Counted from the stretch's first letter, positions 1 to 5,515 are shown. The stretch: DNA of 64,000 bases from an uncultured virus (IMG/VR IMGVR_UViG_3300006922_000015) (IMGVR_UViG_3300006922_000015), one strand, 5' to 3'. Notes: generated by a model not told the origin, from the sequence alone. Numbers and translations are program-made.

Positions 1-111
1 CCTGAAGAGTATCAACTCAAACTTGAATGTTATTCATTGAATGATTTACTCGAAGAAACCTCCACTGGTGAAGGATATACCTTAGATGAGTTTATGGAGA
101 ACTGGTTATGA
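1..111 (+). CDS. 3' end of a small conserved cyanophage hypothetical protein (partial)
   Basis: Frame 1 is open from the window start (PEEYQLKLECYSLNDLLEETSTGEGYTLDEFMENWL) to TGA 109-111, overlapping the next ATG (ATGA). Confidence 0.7.
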   Translation, partial: PEEYQLKLECYSLNDLLEETSTGEGYTLDEFMENWL

Positions 112-638
112 CAGTTGTAACAACATATCAGAATGTATTAACGAAAGAAGAATGGGATACTGTATTTTCTAGTTATCTAATACGTCCAGCATGGATGTTC
201 GGACATAGTTCTACAGGAAGAGAACGTTGTACAATATTTCCTCCCCCACGATATTGGATTATGGATCTCACTGAGGAAGATTACTTCACTCAGTATTTGA
301 GTGAAAAGATCCTAGATCTAGTACCTGTCAAAGGTCTTAAACTTAAGGATGTATATGCGGGAGCTAATACCTTTGGTACGTCTGGTGATATTCATAGTGA
401 TAGCGATATTAATGGTCGTTATACATTTTTATATCATGCCTCACCTGATCTATGGAAACCCATGTATGGCGGTAAGACAAACTTCTATCCAGATAATGCA
501 CCCGCTGAGTATTACGAGTTCACTCCTAATAGTGGTCTTTTCTTTGATTCCACTATTCGACATGTAGGTGAACCAGTGACTAGATACTTTGGTGGGTTAC
601 GCATTTGTATCGCATTTAAACTCATGCTTGAGGAATAA
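108..638 (+). CDS. 2OG-Fe(II) oxygenase superfamily protein
   Basis: HxD motif (DIHSD), distal His (IRHVG) and C-terminal R-x-x-x-x-F-K strand; GGxT..F motif; 176 aa. Confidence 0.85.
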   Translation: MTVVTTYQNVLTKEEWDTVFSSYLIRPAWMFGHSSTGRERCTIFPPPRYWIMDLTEEDYFTQYLSEKILDLVPVKGLKLKDVYAGANTFGTSGDIHSDSDINGRYTFLYHASPDLWKPMYGGKTNFYPDNAPAEYYEFTPNSGLFFDSTIRHVGEPVTRYFGGLRICIAFKLMLEE

Positions 639-644
639 ACAATT

Positions 645-1349
645 ATGTTCAACAATTACATTTATTATTCTGATGATCCTATAGTCACATCAGAGTTCTG
701 TAATAAACTTATTAATAAATTTAATAATGATAAGCATACACATGCTGGTGTATGTGGTACGAATAAGGATGGGGCGAGTGTAAACACTGATATTAAACAG
801 TCTACTGATCTATTCATCTATAATACTACTAAGTATCACTTTGAATCACAAACCCTAGAGAAAGCACTCATGCTATCTCTTAAAGAGTATGGTAGTCTTC
901 TAGAACAGACTGCACCAGAAATGGTATATCCTATGTTTAGAAGGAATGCATATATCACAGGATTTAATATTCAGCATACTAAACCTGAAGAGTTCTTTAC
1001 ATGGCATAGTGATGATTACTGGGAACCAGAACATACTGATGGATACTTCAGAGCAATATCTTATCTTATCTACCTTAATGATGTAACCGAAGGAGGACAG
1101 ACTGAGTTCATTGATGGTCAACTCATTCAACCTAAACAAGGACACATTTGTTTCTTCCCATGTACTTGGTCTTTCGTTCATCGTGGGGTGCCTCCTATTA
1201 GTGGTGATAAGTATCTCATTGCTGGTTGGTGGATGACTGATTCTTCCGTAGGTGCATCGCGGAGACTTGTATCAGATGAATATATGAAGAACATGAATGA
1301 GACAGATTTTAGGATTCAATCGTCTCTTATGTCAACTAAACCAGTATAA
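645..1349 (+). CDS. 2OG-Fe(II) oxygenase, prolyl-4-hydroxylase-like
   Basis: WHSD...YLIYLNDVTEGGQTEF...QPKQG...FFP...HRGVPP.SGDKY motifs typical of cyanophage 2OG-Fe(II) oxygenases. Confidence 0.9.
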   Translation: MFNNYIYYSDDPIVTSEFCNKLINKFNNDKHTHAGVCGTNKDGASVNTDIKQSTDLFIYNTTKYHFESQTLEKALMLSLKEYGSLLEQTAPEMVYPMFRRNAYITGFNIQHTKPEEFFTWHSDDYWEPEHTDGYFRAISYLIYLNDVTEGGQTEFIDGQLIQPKQGHICFFPCTWSFVHRGVPPISGDKYLIAGWWMTDSSVGASRRLVSDEYMKNMNETDFRIQSSLMSTKPV

Positions 1350-1376
1350 TTAAATGTTAATTAAAATATACTTTAG

Positions 1377-1398
1377 TTTTCCACAACCCTGTGGAAAA
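1377..1398. promoter_or_regulatory. Inverted pair of DnaA-box-like 9-mers (TTTTCCACA-N4-TGTGGAAAA)
   Basis: TTTTCCACA 1377-1385 and its reverse complement 1390-1398, preceded by an almost pure A/T tract at 1345-1375. Confidence 0.6.
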
Positions 1399-1518
1399 GT
1401 GTTAGATAAGGGGTGAAATGGTACGGAATGCATGATAATGTACGGAGGTCTTTCTGTCTTAGCGTGCAACGTACCGAAAGTCAAGCCGATGTATAAGATC
1501 TTCACAATTACTCCATAC

Positions 1519-1547
1519 TTGACAAAACTCCCAGAAGGCATTATAAT
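1519..1547 (+). promoter_or_regulatory. Consensus sigma70-type (early) promoter
   Basis: TTGACA (1519-1524), 17 bp, TATAAT (1542-1547); no credible ORF directly downstream. Confidence 0.85.
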
Positions 1548-1631
1548 AACTCTGTAGGGGTTCAAAGGTAGCAAACCCTATAAGATCCTCCGAATGCCCC
1601 TTAGAAGGCATTCTAAGTGCCTCTGAGAGAC

Positions 1632-1661
1632 TTGACAGAACTGTAGTTCCTATGCTATTAT
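1632..1661 (+). promoter_or_regulatory. sigma70-type promoter with extended -10, upstream of tRNA-Leu
   Basis: TTGACA (1632-1637), 18 bp, TGc-TATTAT (1656-1661). Confidence 0.7.
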
Positions 1662-1673
1662 GAAATCTGTTGG

Positions 1674-1753
1674 TTCTGAGGTTTTTATAATTCCTGAGAA
1701 ACTTATAGAACCTCAGAAATTGAAGAAACTGAGGAATTATAAAAACCTCAGAA
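1674..1753. repeat. Perfect 22-bp inverted repeat with 36-nt loop
   Basis: TTCTGAGGTTTTTATAATTCCT (1674-1695) / AGGAATTATAAAAACCTCAGAA (1732-1753). Confidence 0.9.
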
Positions 1754-1806
1754 GTTTAAAAAACTTAAAAAGTTTAAAAGTTAAGTATTTAAGAACTTCA
1801 CAGAAC

Positions 1807-1815
1807 TGTGGAAAA
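1807..1815 (-). promoter_or_regulatory. DnaA-box-like 9-mer
   Basis: TGTGGAAAA, the reverse complement of TTTTCCACA. Confidence 0.5.
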
Positions 1816-1842
1816 CTTTATAATACTATAACTTTATTAACT

Positions 1843-1927
1843 GGGACTATGGTGAAATTGGTAAACACAACAGACTTAAAATCTGTCGAACATTAAGTTC
1901 TTGTCAGTTCAAGTCTGACTAGTCCTA
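1843..1927 (+). tRNA. trnL: tRNA-Leu(UAA)
   Basis: Acceptor GGGACTA/TAGTCCT + A; anticodon arm ACAGA-CT-TAA-AA-TCTGT; long variable arm GAAC-ATTAA-GTTC; T arm GTCAG-TTCAAGT-CTGAC; no encoded CCA. Confidence 0.95.
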
Positions 1928-1973
1928 TTGATAGTATTATAACTATCATTTGTAAACATTAAAGACTAAGAAA

Positions 1974-2129
1974 ATGTCTTCAACTAAATTCGAGTATTAC
2001 TTCGAGACTGACGAAGGTGACAGTAGAGAAGGTTATATTGTTGCTAATAATCACCAAACTGCTGTAAAAAAACTTAAGAAAGAGAATCGAAAACTTAAGA
2101 TCACCTATCTAGATGTACAACCAACCTGA
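1974..2129 (+). CDS. Small hypothetical protein (51 aa, MSSTKFEYYFETDEGDSREG...)
   Basis: Read manually: ATG 1974 to TGA 2127-2129; fills the gap between the tRNA and the next ORF; below the ORF-track cutoff. Confidence 0.65.
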   Translation: MSSTKFEYYFETDEGDSREGYIVANNHQTAVKKLKKENRKLKITYLDVQPT

Positions 2130-2143
2130 TTTATTTGAAGACA

Positions 2144-2389
2144 ATGAAAGAACAATCTGACAACTATGTGGTCTGTGAAGGGTATGCTTACTGGGAAAAA
2201 GATGGCAACTACTTCACAACAACCGTTGACAAACGTAAGAATATCGACTGGAAGAATGCTAGTCGAATTGATATTAAATCCCCTGGTGGACTTGATATCC
2301 CTAGTGTACATCAACTGTATGATTGCCTCCACACAATCAAAACAACTCAACGACAGTTACTTAACGAAACTCGTAAAATCGCCGTTTAA
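2144..2389 (+). CDS. Hypothetical protein
   Basis: ORF track 2135..2389; ATG at 2144 is the more likely start; tightly packed with neighbours. Confidence 0.65.
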   Translation: MKEQSDNYVVCEGYAYWEKDGNYFTTTVDKRKNIDWKNASRIDIKSPGGLDIPSVHQLYDCLHTIKTTQRQLLNETRKIAV

Positions 2390-2393
2390 TAGT

Positions 2394-2546
2394 ATGCATG
2401 ATACAACACTAGATCTCTTCTGTGGTGATAACAACTCAGACGAAGAGAATCATATGTTTGCAGAAGAGTTTGCTGCGAGTTTAGAAGAACGTGCTGCATT
2501 CTATGAGGTCACTGTTGACTACTACATGGAAGAGTTTCTAACATAA
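2394..2546 (+). CDS. Small acidic hypothetical protein (50 aa, MHDTTLDLF...EVTVDYYMEEFLT)
   Basis: 3' part of ORF 2166..2546; ATG 2394 follows the upstream stop by 4 nt; the EVTVDYY..EF ending resembles a recurrent cyanophage mini-protein. Confidence 0.65.
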   Translation: MHDTTLDLFCGDNNSDEENHMFAEEFAASLEERAAFYEVTVDYYMEEFLT

Positions 2547-2584
2547 ACTAAACATCACTAAGTAACACAAACTAGTCAGCCGCC

Positions 2585-2606
2585 TGTGGAAAACTCTTTT
2601 TCCACA
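2585..2606. promoter_or_regulatory. Second inverted pair of DnaA-box-like 9-mers (TGTGGAAAA-N4-TTTTCCACA)
   Basis: TGTGGAAAA 2585-2593 and TTTTCCACA 2598-2606, intergenic, at the border of the GC-rich early region. Confidence 0.6.
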
Positions 2607-2649
2607 GATAATTGAACCATTCTCCCCCCTCAAGGAACCAATTTTGTAA

Positions 2650-2692
2650 GTGTCACACAGTAGCATGTCAGGGGTCGGTGCTGCTGTAGGAT
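2650..2692 (+). promoter_or_regulatory. Early-region promoter copy 1 (TGTCAC box + -10)
   Basis: TGTCAC at 2651; TAGGAT at 2687-2692 (36 bp downstream). Confidence 0.6.
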
Positions 2693-2715
2693 GACTTCAG
2701 TTGAGAGAAAAACCA

Positions 2716-2877
2716 ATGTGGGACGAAATTCAGGACATGATGGGCGAGATTTTTGACATCGGAGACATCACCGATGACATCCCTGAAATCCTTTCCATGG
2801 ATATTGATGACCGTGACGCCATGCCCTTGGACATGCAGGAGGACATCGAGAAGGAAGATCCACTGTTGGACGATTGA
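2716..2877 (+). CDS. Very acidic small early protein (53 aa, MWDEIQDMMGEIFDIG...)
   Basis: Read manually: ATG 2716 to TGA 2875-2877, downstream of a promoter and GAGAG; 21 D/E against 2 K/R. Confidence 0.75.
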   Translation: MWDEIQDMMGEIFDIGDITDDIPEILSMDIDDRDAMPLDMQEDIEKEDPLLDD

Positions 2878-2880
2878 CGA

Positions 2881-2923
2881 ACTGTCACCCTAGCGTGGCA
2901 CAGCACTCAAAATCGACTATTGT
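2881..2923 (+). promoter_or_regulatory. Early-region promoter copy 2
   Basis: TGTCAC 2883, TGGCAC 2896, TATTGT 2918-2923; ATG follows 6 nt later. Confidence 0.7.
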
Positions 2924-2929
2924 AGACAC

Positions 2930-3163
2930 ATGAACAAATTCAACGACCCTTGCACCATTGCCCTTCAGACCGATGAGGCGCTGATGGCGATCCATAACCC
3001 CTACGTGGCAAACCTCGTAGAGATGGGATACGACCGGGCAGACTGTGAGATGGTCGCCGCTGCCGGTCGTGAGGTTTCCTATCCTCGCACGATCTACGGT
3101 CGCACCTTTGACACAAAGGCAGAGTACGATGAAGCACTCGCAGACTACATCGCCGGTCTCTGA
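2930..3163 (+). CDS. Hypothetical early protein (77 aa), probably leaderless
   Basis: ORF track; ATG lies at the predicted transcription start. Confidence 0.8.
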   Translation: MNKFNDPCTIALQTDEALMAIHNPYVANLVEMGYDRADCEMVAAAGREVSYPRTIYGRTFDTKAEYDEALADYIAGL

Positions 3164-3198
3164 TCGCACCCCGTCCCGTCATCCTCTACAATAGCATC

Positions 3199-3381
3199 AT
3201 GCAAACTCTTCACGACAATTTTCGCGCTTGCCTCGTAGCGTTGCCAACGTTCATCAAGCACCACAACCCCACGTTCATGGAGTCCGTTGAGTGGGTTCTG
3301 CGTCAGTGTGGGTGGTGCTACATCTCCAACACCGAATGGAAGATCTTGGAAGCACACTACGAGCACCACTGTGCCGACTGA
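3199..3381 (+). CDS. Hypothetical early protein (60 aa), probably leaderless
   Basis: ORF track; TACAAT 3187-3192 lies 6 nt before the ATG. Confidence 0.75.
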   Translation: MQTLHDNFRACLVALPTFIKHHNPTFMESVEWVLRQCGWCYISNTEWKILEAHYEHHCAD

Positions 3382-3384
3382 CTA

Positions 3385-3427
3385 AGTGTCACACAAAATA
3401 GGCACTGCACCCCAGATGCCTTATATT
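3385..3427 (+). promoter_or_regulatory. Early-region promoter copy 3
   Basis: TGTCAC 3387, AGGCAC 3400, TATATT 3422-3427. Confidence 0.7.
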
Positions 3428-3455
3428 GAACAAGTCAACCAAACGGAGACCAATC

Positions 3456-3782
3456 ATGCGTAAGATCGAAACCCAGATGAACGCTGCCATCAAGAGCAAC
3501 GCCAACTGGAAACTGAAGAATACCACTGTCACCACGACCGATGGCGTGTCAGAGGTTCGCCTACATGGGAACCTGATCGCTAAGGTGGGCGATGATTTCG
3601 TCACCGTGTTCGATGGCGGTTGGCAGTCTACCACGACTAAATCACGTTTGAATGCAATCATTAACGAGTTCTGCAATGCATTCACTGATGGCATCTTTCA
3701 GAAAGATTTTGCATGGTACGTTCGTGACAACAAAGTCGTGAGTGATTTCGTCAATGGTTACACCTTCGCTGAGTTTGCTTAA
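3456..3782 (+). CDS. Conserved cyanophage early hypothetical protein (MRKIETQMNAAI...TTKSRLNAI)
   Basis: ORF 3426..3782; true start probably ATG 3456 behind a GGAG Shine-Dalgarno; LHGNLIA and TTKSRLNA motifs. Confidence 0.8.
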   Translation: MRKIETQMNAAIKSNANWKLKNTTVTTTDGVSEVRLHGNLIAKVGDDFVTVFDGGWQSTTTKSRLNAIINEFCNAFTDGIFQKDFAWYVRDNKVVSDFVNGYTFAEFA

Positions 3783-3792
3783 GTAACAACAA

Positions 3793-3839
3793 CTGGGTAT
3801 CGCTAAATGATACCCAGATTCGGCTGACCGTGGTCGGTT
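3793..3839 (+). other. Intergenic double hairpin
   Basis: CTGGGTATC-GCTAAAT-GATACCCAG (3793-3817) followed by GGCTGACC-GT-GGTCGGTT (3822-3839); no U-tract. Confidence 0.55.
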
Positions 3840-3844
3840 GCCCT

Positions 3845-3887
3845 AGTGTCACAAGGTTTCGGCACTGTCTCTCACAGCCCCTATAAT
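3845..3887 (+). promoter_or_regulatory. Early-region promoter copy 4
   Basis: TGTCAC 3847, CGGCAC 3860, TATAAT 3882-3887; ATG follows 6 nt later. Confidence 0.75.
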
Positions 3888-3893
3888 AAGGAC

Positions 3894-4082
3894 ATGAAAA
3901 ACATCCAACGCCACCACAACGGTCAGTTCATCACTACCGGCACACCGTCCCCACTGATGGAGACCGTGATGCAGAAAATCCTCATGCAACAGCAGGCAGA
4001 GCATGAGTACAGGCAGGCAGTGAGAGCAGGTCGCATCCAACCCGACCAATTCACTAGCTGGAACATCAGCGACCGCCACTAG
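3894..4082 (+). CDS. Hypothetical early protein (62 aa, MKNIQRHHNG...SWNISDRH), probably leaderless
   Basis: 3' part of ORF 3846..4082; ATG 3894 sits at the predicted +1. Confidence 0.75.
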   Translation: MKNIQRHHNGQFITTGTPSPLMETVMQKILMQQQAEHEYRQAVRAGRIQPDQFTSWNISDRH

Positions 4083-4090
4083 GCAACCGA

Positions 4091-4450
4091 GCGACTAGAC
4101 TTTAAAAGAACAAACGAACCGACATCATGCGCTTCAAAATCAACTCCGATCATTCCAGTTCAGTTCACAGTCTCAAAGTCAATCCTATCACGGGCACCGC
4201 TCGCGTCAAGTGGGGCAAGGCAACAAACTGCGAGTATCGCTGCACCAAGGTGTCACGCCGTAAGATCCTCGCCCTGATCCTGGATTCTGATCGCTCGCTC
4301 GGTCGTTGGGTCAACCGCCATGCACAGTGGAAAAACGACCACATTTTCTCCCTGGTCAACCCCATGTACTCCATTCGGATCAACTGATCAACTGGCACAC
4401 AGCAACCCCAGATCTGACGGGGTTGCGACTAGACTTTAAAAGAACAAACG
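4091..4450 (+). repeat. 26-bp direct repeat (two copies) containing a -10-like TAGACT
   Basis: GCGACTAGACTTTAAAAGAACAAACG at 4091-4116 and 4425-4450, each followed within 4-5 nt by GACATCATG, the start of the next gene. Confidence 0.9.
4127..4387 (+). CDS. KTSC-like domain early protein
   Basis: Pattern SS.V..L.......A.V.W.....EY....V.....L......SLG.WVN resembles KTSC domains. Confidence 0.55.
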   Translation: MRFKINSDHSSSVHSLKVNPITGTARVKWGKATNCEYRCTKVSRRKILALILDSDRSLGRWVNRHAQWKNDHIFSLVNPMYSIRIN

Positions 4451-4461
4451 CACAGGACATC

Positions 4462-4710
4462 ATGAACGGTTGGGCAAACTACGAGACTTGGAACGCTTCC
4501 CTTTGGATCGGGAACGATGAGTTCCTATACAACACCGCCATCGCGTGTGTCAAGTATGCCGAAGGCGAGACCCCATGGGAAAAGTTCGTTCGCTGCATGA
4601 CTGACGGTCAGATCGGACGGATGCTCGGCAAGACTGAGGACGGCGTGGCATGGAACGATCCTAAGATCAACGCCGATGAGATGAACGAGATGATGGCAGA
4701 ACTCTCCTAG
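4462..4710 (+). CDS. Conserved phage hypothetical protein (MNGWANYETWNASLWIGNDE...)
   Basis: 3' part of ORF 4306..4710; ATG 4462 behind AGGA and the repeated promoter; NGW.NYETW motif is common in phage early proteins. Confidence 0.8.
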   Translation: MNGWANYETWNASLWIGNDEFLYNTAIACVKYAEGETPWEKFVRCMTDGQIGRMLGKTEDGVAWNDPKINADEMNEMMAELS

Positions 4711-4749
4711 GGCATCCGCCCCACACCCTGACCCCTTCGCATTCTTTCC

Positions 4750-4914
4750 ATGTACAGCATGAGCACCGACATCCAGACCCGCCGCATCGTCTGGACCATG
4801 AACAACAGCACAGCAGATCACCCCATCGGTTCGTCTGCCTTCGCTATCGCCGGTCAGATGGCAGAACTCTGGCACGATGAGGCAATCGCCGCCATCCCAA
4901 CCTTTGAGGACTGA
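4750..4914 (+). CDS. Small hypothetical protein (54 aa, MYSMSTDIQTRRIVW...)
   Basis: Read manually: ATG 4750 to TGA 4912-4914; fills the gap with the same GC-rich codon style. Confidence 0.65.
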   Translation: MYSMSTDIQTRRIVWTMNNSTADHPIGSSAFAIAGQMAELWHDEAIAAIPTFED

Positions 4915-4918
4915 GGAC

Positions 4919-5110
4919 ATGGCGAAAGATCTCATCGCTCCGATCATGAGGGTCAATCAGTTCACTCTGAAGCGTAGCAGCGGCAAGCACCTGGTCTGGC
5001 ATCACTTCAGCGGTGCAACCGTGACGACGGCAAAGACACCGAGCGATCACCGAGCACTTAAGAACATCCAGCGCGACATCAAACGAGAGTTGGCACGGGT
5101 GGCATCCTAG
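4919..5110 (+). CDS. HicA-like (dsRBD-fold) toxin/mRNA interferase homolog, 63 aa
   Basis: ATG 4919 behind GAGGA; basic; F.L.R.SGKH..W.H.SG..V pattern matches the HicA G-x-H motif. Confidence 0.6.
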   Translation: MAKDLIAPIMRVNQFTLKRSSGKHLVWHHFSGATVTTAKTPSDHRALKNIQRDIKRELARVAS

Positions 5111-5121
5111 CACAGATCGAC

Positions 5122-5142
5122 ACCCCCTTCGGGGGGTTATTT
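5122..5142 (+). terminator. Hairpin/terminator ending the early gene array
   Basis: ACCCCC-TTCG-GGGGGT then TATTT; C(UUCG)G tetraloop typical of T4-type phages. Confidence 0.75.
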
Positions 5143-5226
5143 GAAAAACGCCTAACTACCCTAACCTACAAAGGTTCCCAAACGACCGAAAGAATTCCCA
5201 TTCATATAAAAAATTTTTACCCCCAC

Positions 5227-5299
5227 GCTTCCTTAGCAATCTGGTGAATGCAGCAAACTCATAATTTGCCTAAGGAGAGTTCGATCCTCTCAGGAAGCA
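5227..5299 (+). tRNA. trnM: tRNA with CAU anticodon (elongator Met, or Ile2)
   Basis: Acceptor GCTTCCT/AGGAAGC + A; anticodon arm GCAAA-CT-CAT-AA-TTTGC; T arm GAGAG-TTCGATC-CTCTC; paired G1-C72 and no 3xGC anticodon stem, so not initiator. Confidence 0.9.
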
Positions 5300-5300
5300 T

Positions 5301-5349
5301 TCTAAAATCCTCTAAGTTCTCTAAGTTTATCTAAGGTATTCTAAAAATT
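5301..5349 (+). repeat. Five tandem TCTAA(G/A) repeats, 9-10 bp period
   Basis: TCTAA at 5301, 5311, 5320, 5330, 5340. Confidence 0.75.
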
Positions 5350-5515
5350 TTCGGAGAAGTTTCACCCACCCAAACTAAAAATATTTCGGAGTAATGGGGG
5401 AGGTAATAAGAGTGTATGGCATATGCCAGTATTTCTTATAAATTCCCAAGGGTCTTATACGCTTTGAGCCTTAAGTATAAAGAATACTATATAAAATTAA
5501 TTACACAAAATAGTT

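Noticed and set aside
1660..1896. 78-aa Lys/Leu-repeat ORF
   Set aside because: Its ATG overlaps the -10 element, it translates the inverted repeat and periodic tract, and it runs into tRNA-Leu.
2650..4450. CRISPR-like or integron-like array
   Set aside because: The repeats are short degenerate promoter motifs separated by 230-550 bp of coding sequence, not constant-length spacers; no cas or integrase genes and no attC structure.
2885..5113. Minus-strand ORFs in the early region (e.g. 2885-3169, 3389-3694, 4525-4956)
   Set aside because: Antisense shadows of GC-rich plus-strand genes that have matching promoters and starts.
1843..5299. Integrated genomic island or satellite between two tRNAs
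   Set aside because: No integrase and no duplicated tRNA 3' end or att repeats seen; gene content looks like native cyanophage early genes.
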